Source: an uncultured Gemmatimonadales bacterium
GTDB lineage: Bacteria > Gemmatimonadota > Gemmatimonadetes > Longimicrobiales > RSA9
DNA length: 64,000 bases
Direction: 5' to 3'
Assembly: GCA_963741945.1 (NCBI GenBank)
Contig: CAVUKA010000001.1
Coordinates: forward strand, 96,001-160,000
Part shown: in pieces, positions 41,726-51,145 of the stretch
How the letters are laid out: each line of letters begins with the position of its first letter
Numbering within the stretch: position 1 is the stretch's first letter
Notes under the pieces: model-generated
What the model was told of the DNA's origin: nothing
Seen by the model: the letters and a program-made list of their open reading frames with translations, nothing else
Database searches by the model: none
Program-made: the position numbers and the translations under genes

Positions 41726-42517
41726 ATGGAGATTCTGGTGTGCGTGAAACGGGTCCCCGACCCGGCCGAGAACGAGGTCAGGGTCGGCCCGGACGGCCGG
41801 GACATCGAGCGCGATGACCTCGTGTATTCGGTGAACGAGTGGGACAACTACGCGGTCGAGGAAGCCGTCCGCATCAGCGAAGACGTGGGAGGGACGGTGA
41901 CCATCGTCTCCGTCGATGACGACGAGGGCGAGGACGTCATCTACCGCGAGATGGCAATGGGGGCGTCCGAGGGGCTCCTGCTGAGCGACGCCGCGTTCGA
42001 GGGATCCGACGGTCTCGGCCTCGCGACCATCCTGGCCGCCGCCGCGCGAAAGGGATCGTACGACCTGATCCTGACCGGAGCACAGGCCGACGACGGTGCC
42101 GCGCAGGTGGGCGGGATGCTCGCCGCGCTGCTCGACCGGCCGTACGCCTCCGTGGTCAACCTCATCGAGACGGACGGCGAAGGGGCGCTCCGGATCGGTC
42201 GGGAGATCGAGGGCGGGAGCCAGGAGATCAGCGAGATCGAAACCCCGTGTGTGCTCTCGATCCAGACCGGCATCAACGAGCCGCGCTACGTCGGCATCCG
42301 GGGCATCCGCAAGGTGGCGTCCTATGAGATCCCGGTGATGGATGGCGGGGCGCTCGGAATCCCCGCCGAGAGCGTCGGTGCCGCGGGAGCGAAGGTCCGA
42401 CGCGTCGACTACTTCATTCCGGAGCAGGGAGCGGGCGCCGAGATGATCGAGGGGAGCATCGAGGAGATGGCCGACCGGATCGTCGACCTGCTGAAAGCCC
42501 AGGGAGGAATCCGATGA
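41726..42517 (+). CDS. etfB: Electron transfer flavoprotein beta subunit
   Basis: ILVCVKRVPD, NEWDNYAVEEA, LILTGAQADD and INEPRY motifs. Confidence 0.95.
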   Translation: MEILVCVKRVPDPAENEVRVGPDGRDIERDDLVYSVNEWDNYAVEEAVRISEDVGGTVTIVSVDDDEGEDVIYREMAMGASEGLLLSDAAFEGSDGLGLATILAAAARKGSYDLILTGAQADDGAAQVGGMLAALLDRPYASVVNLIETDGEGALRIGREIEGGSQEISEIETPCVLSIQTGINEPRYVGIRGIRKVASYEIPVMDGGALGIPAESVGAAGAKVRRVDYFIPEQGAGAEMIEGSIEEMADRIVDLLKAQGGIR

Positions 42518-43485
42518 TGGACGCTACCGTTTTCGTCTATGTCGCCCACGGTGAGGGCAGGATCGACGACTCCGCCCTGGAGCTCGTGACGGCCGCCCGG
42601 CAACTCTTCCCGGGGAGCCGTCCGACCGCCATCGTCGCCGGCTCCGGCGTCGACGCGGTTTCGGAGGAGGCGGCGCGCTCCTTCGCCGAAGTGTGGAAGC
42701 TCGACCGCGAGGCGCTGGCGTATCCGAACGCCGAGCTGCTGCGGCCGATCCTCGTGAAGCTGCTTCCCGCCGGATCGGTGGTGCTGCTGCCCCACACCAC
42801 GTTCGGGATCGATCTCGGACCCGGATTGTCCGTGAAGCTCGGGGCCGCATACGTGCCCGATGTCGTGGGTACGGGCGGGCTGGACGGGACAACGCTGAAA
42901 GTGGTGCGCCAGGAGTTCGCGGGGCAGGTCTCCGCGCACGTCCACGTCGACGTCGCCAGCGGTGCGGTGATCACCGTGCGCCCGGGCGCGTTCCCCGCCG
43001 CGGAGAGCGGAGCCGCGGCCGGAGAGGTCGTGGACCGGTCGGCGGACGCCGACGGCGTGGAGGCGCGGCGCAGATTCGTGGAAGTGGTCGAGGCCGAGAC
43101 CGGCGACGTCGACATCACCCGCGAGGAGGTGCTCGTGTCGGTCGGCCGCGGGATCGAAGACCAGGAGAACCTCGAGCTGGTCGAGGAGCTGAGCGACGCC
43201 ATGGGTGCCGCGATCTCCTGCTCCCGGCCCATCGTCGACGCGAAGTGGCTCGACCGGTCGCGGCAGGTCGGCACCTCGGGCAAGACCGTGAGCCCCAAAG
43301 TCTATCTCGCCCTCGGCATCAGCGGGTCGTTTCAGCACCTGGGCGGCATCAAGGGCAAACCCTGGATGCTGGCCGTCAACAAGAACCCGAAAGCGCCCAT
43401 CTTCCAGGCCGCGAACGTGGGCGTCGTGGCCGACCTGATGGACCTGCTGCCGGTGCTCACCGAGAAGATCAGGGAGAGCCGCTGA
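42514..43485 (+). CDS. etfA: Electron transfer flavoprotein alpha subunit
   Basis: VSVGRG, SRPIVD, QVGTSGKTV, GISGSFQHLGG and NKNPKAPIF motifs. Confidence 0.95.
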   Translation: MMDATVFVYVAHGEGRIDDSALELVTAARQLFPGSRPTAIVAGSGVDAVSEEAARSFAEVWKLDREALAYPNAELLRPILVKLLPAGSVVLLPHTTFGIDLGPGLSVKLGAAYVPDVVGTGGLDGTTLKVVRQEFAGQVSAHVHVDVASGAVITVRPGAFPAAESGAAAGEVVDRSADADGVEARRRFVEVVEAETGDVDITREEVLVSVGRGIEDQENLELVEELSDAMGAAISCSRPIVDAKWLDRSRQVGTSGKTVSPKVYLALGISGSFQHLGGIKGKPWMLAVNKNPKAPIFQAANVGVVADLMDLLPVLTEKIRESR

Positions 43486-43534
43486 AGCCGTCCGCGGCAG
43501 CACGCGGAGCGTAGCAGCCCGGCTGCCCCTACGA

Positions 43535-43570
43535 AACAGGGGCCCCCGCCTCGCCGCGGGGGCCCCTGTT
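43535..43570. terminator. Probable bidirectional intrinsic terminator
   Basis: AACAGGGGCCCCCGC-CTCGCC-GCGGGGGCCCCTGTT, 15-bp perfect stem between convergent operons. Confidence 0.75.
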
Positions 43571-43613
43571 GCGTACGCCCGGGCGGATCCGCCCGCGGCA
43601 CACCATTCGGCGG

Positions 43614-44540
43614 CTACGGCAGCAGCACGGCGTCGATCACGTGGATCACGCCATTGGACGCGGCCACGTCCGTGGCCACGACACGCGCGTCGTTCTGCGC
43701 GCCCATCAGCGTCACCCCGCCCGTCAGGTTCACCGTGAACGTCCCGCCCTGGAGCGTGGTCACCACCTGCCCATCGCTGAGGTCCGTCGAGAACACTTCC
43801 GCTCCCACGCCGTGGTAGAGCAGGATGCTCGACAGCACGCCCGGATCCGACGGCACCTGGCCCACTGCCGCGAACGCGCCGTTCGTGGGCGCGAACACGG
43901 TGAAGCCGGCCCCCCCGTTGTCGGTCCGCAGCGTCTCCTCCAGGCCGGCGGCGCGCACCGCACCCACGAGCGCATCGAAGCCCTCCACGGTCGCCACGTC
44001 CACGATGTCCAGGTTGTCCGTCAGCACACCCTCGATCAGGTGAATCACGCCGTTGCTGGCCCTGATGTCCGTACCGATGATCCGGACGCCGTTCACCCGC
44101 GCCTCACCGCTCAGGTCGAACGTCAACGGCGAGCCCTCCGCGCTGGCCACCATGGCGCCGTCCCGGAGGTCCGACGCCAGGATCTCACCCGGCACCACGT
44201 GGTACGTGAGCACTTTCGTCAGGAGAGCCCGGTTCTCCGCAGCCAGCAGCCGCCCGATTCGCTCCTGACCCAGCGCCTGGAAGGCCGGGTCCACCGGCGC
44301 GAACACCGTGAACGGACCTTCGCCGGCCAGCGTCGAAGTCAGCCCCGCCGCGTCCAGCGCCGCCGCCAGCGTGCTCAGCTGCGGCGTGGTCGCCGCCAGC
44401 TCGGCGATCGTCGGCTGCACCACGCTCGCCGGCTCGTCATCACTGCACGCCGACACCGCCACCGGCAACGCCACGGCTCCCGCCACCACCAGGCTGCGAC
44501 GAAGCGCGCGACGCGCCCCGAAAATCTCCTGAATCTGCAT
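43614..44540 (-). CDS. Fasciclin lipoprotein with two FAS1 domains
   Basis: Lipobox VSAC; two sets of FTVFAP, YH(V/G)V and ASNGVIH motifs. Confidence 0.93.
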   Translation of the reverse strand: MQIQEIFGARRALRRSLVVAGAVALPVAVSACSDDEPASVVQPTIAELAATTPQLSTLAAALDAAGLTSTLAGEGPFTVFAPVDPAFQALGQERIGRLLAAENRALLTKVLTYHVVPGEILASDLRDGAMVASAEGSPLTFDLSGEARVNGVRIIGTDIRASNGVIHLIEGVLTDNLDIVDVATVEGFDALVGAVRAAGLEETLRTDNGGAGFTVFAPTNGAFAAVGQVPSDPGVLSSILLYHGVGAEVFSTDLSDGQVVTTLQGGTFTVNLTGGVTLMGAQNDARVVATDVAASNGVIHVIDAVLLP

Positions 44541-44666
44541 CGCCCTCTCTCCTTCTCGTTGTCTGTTCGCGTCCCGGGACATCCGCCCGGAATCCACTAT
44601 CCCGCCCGACCGCCAGCGCATCGGCCGCGGCCAACGCAGCCGCCGCGGCCGGCCTCAGACCGCCTG

Positions 44667-45182
44667 TCAACGCGGCAGAATCACCGCGTCAATGACGTGG
44701 ATCACCCCGTTCGACGCCTGCACGTCCGCCTTCACCACCGTGGCGTCATCCACCATCACCTTCCCGTCCACCACGCGCACGTTCAGCTTCTGGCCCTGCG
44801 CCGTCCCCGGCCGCGCCCGGCCCGCCGCGATCACGTCCGCCGCCGCGATCCGCCCCGACACCACGTGGTACTTCAGCACCTCCGCCAGCTTCGCCGGGTT
44901 CGCGAGCAGCGACTCCAGCGTCCCCGCCGGCAGCGCCGCGAACGCCGCATTCGTCGGCGCGAACACCGTGAACGGGCCCTCCCCCGTCAGCACCGACTCC
45001 AGCCCCGCCGCCCGCACCGCCGTCAGAAGCGTCTCGAATTCGCCCGCCGCCGCGGCCACCTCCACAATGTTCCCCACCGGCTCCTTCCCGCTCCACGCCC
45101 CCTGCGCCGATCCCGTCGTCGGCATCGCCGCCAGCACGCCCAGCGCGATTCCCAGCATGGCACTCCGGTTCCGTCCGATCAT
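44667..45182 (-). CDS. Secreted single-domain fasciclin protein
   Basis: Signal peptide; NIVEVA, GPFTVFAPTNAAF, LKYHVV and ASNGVIHVIDAV motifs. Confidence 0.94.
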   Translation of the reverse strand: MIGRNRSAMLGIALGVLAAMPTTGSAQGAWSGKEPVGNIVEVAAAAGEFETLLTAVRAAGLESVLTGEGPFTVFAPTNAAFAALPAGTLESLLANPAKLAEVLKYHVVSGRIAAADVIAAGRARPGTAQGQKLNVRVVDGKVMVDDATVVKADVQASNGVIHVIDAVILPR

Positions 45183-45226
45183 GATGCTCCCCCTGTCCGT
45201 GGTGTATCCGTCTGTTGTTGTCCAGG

Positions 45227-45306
45227 ACGTTACATGTACAGTCACAGGCTGTCAAGGGTGCGTCCATGACATGGCCTTGACGGGGCGCCCGCTTCGCCTC
45301 TACCAT
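45227..45306. promoter_or_regulatory. Divergent sigma70-type promoters with 11-bp-spaced CarH-type repeats
   Basis: Minus strand TTGACA(45255-45250)-17-TAACGT(45232-45227); plus strand TTGACG(45277)-18-TACCAT(45301); TGTCAA, CGTCCA and TGGCCT at 45250, 45261 and 45272. Confidence 0.65.
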
Positions 45307-45354
45307 CAGGAGGAGAGGGCGGCGGGGGGCCGGTACCGACGAACGGGAGGCGCG

Positions 45355-46281
45355 ATGAGCGGCGGCGAGGAGGGTGCGATCCACCCTATTGGAGTGGCGG
45401 CGGAGCGGTCGGGGCTGACGGCGGATGTGATCCGTGCGTGGGAGAGACGCTACGGTGTGGTCGAGCCCCGGCGTGATGCGGCGGGGCGGCGGGTGTACAC
45501 GGCGGCGGACATCGCGCGCCTGCGGCTGCTGTCGCGGGCGACGGAAGGGGGGCGGTCGATCGGTCAGGTGGCGGATCTGGATGCGTCGCGGCTGGAGGAG
45601 ATCGTCGCCCAGGATGAAGCGGGTCGGAGGGCCGCCGCGCCGGGTCCCAGGGTTCCGGACAGCGCGGGCGAGGTCGTGGCGGAGGCGTTGAAGCGGGTGC
45701 GGGCGCTGGAAGGGGCCGCCCTGGAGTCGCTGCTGGTCCGGACGGCGTCGCTCTACGGCGTTCCCGCCTTCCTGCGGGCCGTGGTCGCACCGCTGTTCCG
45801 GGCCATCGGCGACGAGTGGCACGCGGGCAGCCTGCTGCCGTCGCAGGAGCATCTCGCCACGGCCATCGTGCGGAGCGTGCTGGGGCGGGTGCTGGCGCGC
45901 ATTCCCGTCGCGGGAGACGCCCCGGTGCTGCTGGTGGCCACGCCGGCGGGGGAGCGACACGAGATCGGCGCTCTGCTGGCGGCGGCGGAAGCGACCATCG
46001 AGGGGTGGCGCGTGGTCTACCTCGGCGCGGACCTGCCTGCGGCGGAGATCGCTTCGGCGGCGAAGGTGGTGGGAGCGCGGATGGTGGCGCTCGGGTCGGT
46101 CTACGCGCCGGACCCCGGGTCGCTGCGGCGGGAGGTGGAAGCGGTCCGGGCGGCGCTTCCGGAGCAGGTGACGCTGCTGGTGGGGGGACCCGCGATGGTG
46201 CTGCTGGCGGGCGAGCTGGGCGGTGCGGAAGGCGTGGTGATCACCGACGACCTGGACGATCTGGCCAGCCGGCTGCACTGA
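45355..46281 (+). CDS. CarH/LitR-type cobalamin-binding MerR-family photoreceptor regulator
   Basis: MerR HTH (IRAWERRYG..P.R...GRRVY); GDEWHAGSLLPSQEHLA (W-x9-EH), GERHEIG (ExHxxG), YLGADLP. Confidence 0.9.
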   Translation: MSGGEEGAIHPIGVAAERSGLTADVIRAWERRYGVVEPRRDAAGRRVYTAADIARLRLLSRATEGGRSIGQVADLDASRLEEIVAQDEAGRRAAAPGPRVPDSAGEVVAEALKRVRALEGAALESLLVRTASLYGVPAFLRAVVAPLFRAIGDEWHAGSLLPSQEHLATAIVRSVLGRVLARIPVAGDAPVLLVATPAGERHEIGALLAAAEATIEGWRVVYLGADLPAAEIASAAKVVGARMVALGSVYAPDPGSLRREVEAVRAALPEQVTLLVGGPAMVLLAGELGGAEGVVITDDLDDLASRLH

Positions 46282-46312
46282 AGACGGTTCCTTCGCTTCG
46301 TGCCTCCCTGGC

Positions 46313-48397
46313 TCAGCGGTAGCCTCCCTCGAACAGGGGCCAGCGGTGGTGGACGCCGATGGTGAGGGCGAACTGCCTATCGGTCACCAGCGCCCTGGCA
46401 AGGTCGATGCGAATCACGCCCAGCTGCCCGCCGGCCACGCCCATGCGGAGGCCCGCACCGCCGTCGAGATAGAAGCGGTTGGCCGCGGACTCGTCGACCG
46501 CCCGTGTGATCCCGGCGGCGTCGAGGAACAGGCCCGCGGCGAGGACGAAGGGCCCGGCGCGATAGAGGGGGTAGTCGCCGGCGATGCCCGCGTGGACGAT
46601 CCCCCGGCCGACGGTCCGGCCCACGAGGTATCCGCGGTCGGTGGGTACGTGGGCTCGAAGCGGAACGGTCCAGGGGAGAGCCCCCCCGGCCACGGGCCAG
46701 GTCCCGGGCGGAGCGTGCGTGCCCGCCCAGTCGAAGCCCGAGCGGACCGACCAGGCCGGTCGGCTCAGGCCGAGGGAGGAAGCCCAGGCCGCCCGGACGC
46801 CCGCGCTCGTGTAGGACGGGGCGGCCGAGAGCGTGAACGCGTGCTCCGCAGTGACCGCCATCTGGAAGCGATCGTCCCGTCCCTCGAGAGCGGCGCCGAC
46901 CGAGGTTGCGAGATGGCGCCGATCGCCGGACCATCGCTCCAGCCTCAATGCGGCGAGCGGACGAAGGGCGGGCGTGACCCAGCCGCCGAACGCGAGCCCC
47001 GCGGATCTGCGGGTCTCCTCGAAGACGGCCGTCCTCTCCGCGTTGCGGGCGAAACGGAACTGTTCCCACGCCCCCTCCACAGTGACGATGCCCGGGTGAC
47101 CGGCATGGACCGGCATGTCGACCCGGAAGACGCCACGGGGCCGGGCGGCCTCCCAGCGCCAGGTTGCGGTCCACAGCTCGCCGCCTCCGGTCGGGCTGGC
47201 GACCTCCATCTCCACTTCCTTGCGGGCGACGGCGCCGACGGCCCCGGACGCGGCCAGGAGCCAGAGACTCTCCACGCGAGGGCGTTCGACCACGTTCGCC
47301 CGGATCTCGGCCAGCCCGCCCGGCACCGGCGCATACTCCACGGTGGCCTGGCGAAGCGCCGGGACCTCGGAGATCCGGCGTCGGGCGAGGACCAGCCGGG
47401 ACGGGGTGAGGAGCGTGCCGGGGGGCAGCGCGAGGGCGCCGGCGAGCTCGCTGAACCGGATCGTCCGCACGCCATCGATCCGGACGATGTCCACCGTGGG
47501 CCGGCCGACGCGGTTCCAGGCCCGGAGGGCGCCACTCCCATTGTCCACCAGGTATCGGCTGGTGCCCAGGAGCTGCCAGCCGAGCGCGTCGTCTGGAACG
47601 CGCGCCACGTACTCGGAGGCAACGCGTATGGCCTCCTGATAGCGTCCCTGCCTGAACCGGACAGCGGCGGTTTCGCGCAGCACCCGCGGCTCCGCGGGGC
47701 ACGCCTGCCCTGCTTCGGCGAGCAGCCCGGACGCGTCATCCAGTCGATTGGCCGCCACGGCATCGAGGGATCGGTCGATCCAGGGAGGGCACGGCGCGGG
47801 CGGGGGCGTGGCAGGCCGAACCGTGCTGTCGACCCCCGCCAGGGCCGGGGCGGCCGGCTCGGGGCGGATCCGCATCGCCCACCGACCGCCCCCCGCCCAG
47901 CGAGTCAGGAAGGAGGCCTCATCCATGGTGATGGACGGGGCTCTGGCGGGATCGTGGACCACCACGTTCCCACCCATCCAGCCGATGACGACGACGTAGT
48001 GGTAACGACCCCTGGCGACCTGGATGAGAACCACCACGGGGACGCCGTCGCGGAGGCTTTGCTGGAGCAGCTCGGGCGTGCCGCGGAACGTCCGGGTGTC
48101 CCAGCCTCGAGCGCGCGTGGCCGACTCCAGGTCGCTGGTCAGGATCCCGCCGGAATCCGGACGGACCAGGCTCTCGAAATCCTCGGCGTAGACTCCTCGC
48201 CGCCCCCACCACCGCTCGACCATGGCGACGGTCGCTCCACCGCACAGCAGCTCGGACTGGGGCAGGTACGGCACGTCGAGCACGACCGGCTGGCCGGCGC
48301 CTGACCCCGAAAGCGCCCGTCGGCCTGCTCCCGAAGAAGCACAGCCGAGAACCGAGAGCCAGAGTCCAGCCGCGACCAGCCGGGCGACACTGCGCAC
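46313..48397 (-). CDS. C39-like cysteine peptidase - TPR - POTRA - Omp85-like beta-barrel fusion, lipoprotein
   Basis: Lipobox VLGC; LDVPYLPQSELLCGG, YHYVVVIG and HDPA (Q/C/H/D); TPR helices; POTRA-like VRIDGVR...ISEVP...VVERP; barrel end FLDAAG...GGAGLR...IRIDLA...LTIGV. Confidence 0.75.
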   Translation of the reverse strand: MRSVARLVAAGLWLSVLGCASSGAGRRALSGSGAGQPVVLDVPYLPQSELLCGGATVAMVERWWGRRGVYAEDFESLVRPDSGGILTSDLESATRARGWDTRTFRGTPELLQQSLRDGVPVVVLIQVARGRYHYVVVIGWMGGNVVVHDPARAPSITMDEASFLTRWAGGGRWAMRIRPEPAAPALAGVDSTVRPATPPPAPCPPWIDRSLDAVAANRLDDASGLLAEAGQACPAEPRVLRETAAVRFRQGRYQEAIRVASEYVARVPDDALGWQLLGTSRYLVDNGSGALRAWNRVGRPTVDIVRIDGVRTIRFSELAGALALPPGTLLTPSRLVLARRRISEVPALRQATVEYAPVPGGLAEIRANVVERPRVESLWLLAASGAVGAVARKEVEMEVASPTGGGELWTATWRWEAARPRGVFRVDMPVHAGHPGIVTVEGAWEQFRFARNAERTAVFEETRRSAGLAFGGWVTPALRPLAALRLERWSGDRRHLATSVGAALEGRDDRFQMAVTAEHAFTLSAAPSYTSAGVRAAWASSLGLSRPAWSVRSGFDWAGTHAPPGTWPVAGGALPWTVPLRAHVPTDRGYLVGRTVGRGIVHAGIAGDYPLYRAGPFVLAAGLFLDAAGITRAVDESAANRFYLDGGAGLRMGVAGGQLGVIRIDLARALVTDRQFALTIGVHHRWPLFEGGYR

Positions 48398-48415
48398 GCT
48401 ATGCCGCCGCGATGC

Positions 48416-48799
48416 TCAGAGGGTCAGAAGCAGGACGACCAGCAGGACGATGATGACGGTCGTCGTCGTGATCACGATCGTATTGGCGCCACCCGCCATG
48501 GCTGCCTGGCTGAGCCCCGCCTCGTCGGCGATCCGGTCCAGCGACGCGTCGTCGAGCGCGGCGACCCGGTTCGAGAGATCGGAGACACTCACCCCGAGCC
48601 GACCGGCGACTTCCTGCCCCTGGTCCGTCGCGAGGAGATGCTGGATCGCCCCGCGGGCATTGGAATCGACGTGCTTCGTGGCGATGGCGGCATCCAGCTC
48701 CGCACTGCTCACGGCGCTCCGCTCCTGGGCGGAAAGCGGGCCCGTAAGAGAGAGAGCGGCGAGGGACAGACTCATGGACAACAGGAAACGTCTGGACAT
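48416..48799 (-). CDS. PA2779-like secreted protein with a double-Gly site and hydrophobic C-terminal tail
   Basis: GGAGG RBS; signal peptide LSA-Q; RVAALDDASLDRIA...MAGG-ANTIVITTTTVIIVLLVVLLLTL. Confidence 0.78.
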   Translation of the reverse strand: MSRRFLLSMSLSLAALSLTGPLSAQERSAVSSAELDAAIATKHVDSNARGAIQHLLATDQGQEVAGRLGVSVSDLSNRVAALDDASLDRIADEAGLSQAAMAGGANTIVITTTTVIIVLLVVLLLTL

Positions 48800-48854
48800 G
48801 CGTTCCTCCGGAACAAGGGGAGCAGGCCATTCGGCACAATGACTGTGTACATGG

Positions 48855-48924
48855 ACGCTACCGGCGAGCCGCTGCGTGGCCAATCGCTCGAAGGGACGAG
48901 ATTGAGATTAGTCCAAAAGGGGGA
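48855..48924 (-). promoter_or_regulatory. Promoter with tandem 16-bp NarL/LuxR-type boxes
   Basis: Box TAGTCCAAAAGGGGGA (48909-48924), 9 bp, box TCGCTCGAAGGGACGA (48884-48899), then TTGGCC-17-TAGCGT on the minus strand. Confidence 0.65.
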
Positions 48925-49120
48925 GTTGAGGCGCGTGGGCGAGTACGCCTCGTCGCCCGGACGGGTTACCTCGCCCATCATCCGCCTGGTGGATACTCAG
49001 GAAGGCTGGCTTCCGACAACTTAGGATCGAAAGCAGGTGCGAGGCGCGCGCGCGGCTACCTTTGTGATGCCCCGAGCCTGCCCTGTTGTCCTGCCGGGTC
49101 CTTTCATGGAGGAAACCAGC

Positions 49121-49345
49121 ATGCACGCCAGAAGGATCGCAGCGGCCGCGCTCATCGTGATGGGCATCCTCGGCCTCGTTCTCGGCCAGTTCGTATTCGG
49201 CAGGGAGACCCACCGCGCGTCGGTCGGCCCCATGGAGGTGTCCGTCAGCGAGCAGCGCACCGTCAACATCCCGCTCTGGGCCGGCCTGGGAGCGATCGTG
49301 CTCGGCGGCGTCCTGCTGCTGCCTCTCGGGAAAGGGAAGGCGTGA
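49121..49345 (+). CDS. Small two-TM membrane protein (DUF3185-like)
   Basis: GGAGG RBS; ALIVMGILGL...RETHRASVGPMEVSVSEQRTVNIPLWAG.GAIVLGG. Confidence 0.8.
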   Translation: MHARRIAAAALIVMGILGLVLGQFVFGRETHRASVGPMEVSVSEQRTVNIPLWAGLGAIVLGGVLLLPLGKGKA

Positions 49346-49456
49346 TGCGGTGGACGCGCCCTGCCACCGTCGCACCTCTGATGGAGCGGCAGGGCTCCAC
49401 CGACGGGATCGCCGGGTCCGGAGGGGCCATCGACCCCGCCATCGGAACGCCGCTGA

Positions 49457-51127
49457 ATGCTCGCTAACCCGGCGGCACGCACGTGGCGGAGCGCCCGGAT
49501 GCTGGTTCTCTCGCCGTTCCTGCTCCTCTGCTGCACGTCCTCACCGGCGGAGGACCCGCCGCTGGGCGAGCGAGCGCTGGCTGTCGCGGCGGTGTTCGAG
49601 ACGGCCCACCCGTACAGCGAACGGACCGTGGACTCCCTCGACCTTGCCGCCTTCTTCACCCGATACCCCGGGTACCGGACCGACTCGGCCTCCGTCGTGG
49701 ACTTCTACGAAAGACGCGCCATGCAGTTCGCATGGATCGTTCGCGACTCGCTCTCCGCCAGCGCCATAGCCTTCGTGGACCTCGCTGGCCTCGCTCACAC
49801 CGGCGAGTTCCAGGCTGTCGCCGCGGGTCCCAGCCTCGGCGATCTCTACGGGCAGGGCTTCGCCGAGGGCGCGCGCGTGCCCGGGTGCGACAGCTGTGCC
49901 GCCGACCTGGAGCTGCGCCTCACCGCAGAGTTCTTCCGTTTCGCCGGCCGCCGATACGATGGCTACCTGAGCCGTGACCTCCGCGACCTGAACTGGTTCA
50001 TTCCCCGTGGCAAGAAGGACCTTTCGCGTCTGCTGGATTCACTGGCCGTGGGGAAGATGGATCTCGCCGCGTACGAGCCCATGCACCCGCAGTACCAGCT
50101 GCTGAAAGCCAGCATTCGACAGATGCGCCAATTGGCGGATGAGCCGTGGCCCGCGCTGGAACTGCCCGCAGGCAGACGAAGGGTCGATGCCGGCGACAGT
50201 GTCGACGTGATCGGCGCCATCCGCCACCGCCTGCACTTGCTCGAGGACCTGGGAGAAGACGGATCCTCGCCCGTATACGACAGCGCGGCGGTCTCGGCCG
50301 TGGAGCGCTTCCAGCTGCGCCATGGCCTGGTGATCGACGGCATCATCGGCCCCACGTTCCTGCGCGCCATCGACGTGCCCCCGGCAACCCGTCTGCGCAC
50401 CATGCTCATCAACATGGAGCGCCTGCGCTGGGTGCCCGAGAAGCAGCCGTCCGATCTGCTCGCGGTGAACATTCCCGAGTTCCGGCTGCACGTGTATGAG
50501 AAGGGCGCCGAAGTGATGAGCATGGAGGTGGTGGTGGGCAAGGACGCCACACGCACGGTGGTCTTCGCCGACACGCTGTCGCAGATCGTGTTCAACCCCA
50601 CCTGGACGGTACCGGCGAGCATCACGCGCGATGAGATCCTGCCCGCTATGCGAAGGGACCCCAACTACCTTCGGAACAACAGCATGGAGATCATCGGTGG
50701 CACCGCTTCGGCCCCGCTGGTGCGCCAGCGGCCGGGACCGTCCAACGCGCTGGGTCGGGTGAAGTTCCTCTTTCCCAACAGCTACAGCATCTACATGCAT
50801 GACACTCCGTCCCAGGCTGCGTTCGGCCGCGAAGCGCGGGCCTTCAGTCACGGCTGCATACGCCTGAGCCGACCGCGGGAGCTGGCGGAGTACCTGCTGC
50901 GGGATGACCCCGACTGGACCCCTGCGCGCATCGGCCAGGCCATGCGCGGGGGGCGCACGACCACGGTGCAGCTGAAGGACCAGCGGCCGGTGATGATCTG
51001 GTACTTCACGGCCTGGGTCGACGGGGAGGGCCGGCTGAACTTCCGCGACGACGTATACGGCCACGACGAGCAGCTGGCCCAGGACCTGTTTCTCGAACCG
51101 GACAGCGGGTCCGGAGCGTTTCGGTAG
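49457..51127 (+). CDS. L,D-transpeptidase, YcbB/LdtD-like (start may be 49499)
   Basis: Peptidoglycan-binding AVERFQLRHGL..DGIIG; NMERLRW, VNIPEF, NPTWTVP, NALGRVKFLFPN, YMHDTP and SHGCIR motifs. Confidence 0.93.
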   Translation: MLANPAARTWRSARMLVLSPFLLLCCTSSPAEDPPLGERALAVAAVFETAHPYSERTVDSLDLAAFFTRYPGYRTDSASVVDFYERRAMQFAWIVRDSLSASAIAFVDLAGLAHTGEFQAVAAGPSLGDLYGQGFAEGARVPGCDSCAADLELRLTAEFFRFAGRRYDGYLSRDLRDLNWFIPRGKKDLSRLLDSLAVGKMDLAAYEPMHPQYQLLKASIRQMRQLADEPWPALELPAGRRRVDAGDSVDVIGAIRHRLHLLEDLGEDGSSPVYDSAAVSAVERFQLRHGLVIDGIIGPTFLRAIDVPPATRLRTMLINMERLRWVPEKQPSDLLAVNIPEFRLHVYEKGAEVMSMEVVVGKDATRTVVFADTLSQIVFNPTWTVPASITRDEILPAMRRDPNYLRNNSMEIIGGTASAPLVRQRPGPSNALGRVKFLFPNSYSIYMHDTPSQAAFGREARAFSHGCIRLSRPRELAEYLLRDDPDWTPARIGQAMRGGRTTTVQLKDQRPVMIWYFTAWVDGEGRLNFRDDVYGHDEQLAQDLFLEPDSGSGAFR

Positions 51128-51145
51128 ACGCCCGAGCGGGTCCGC

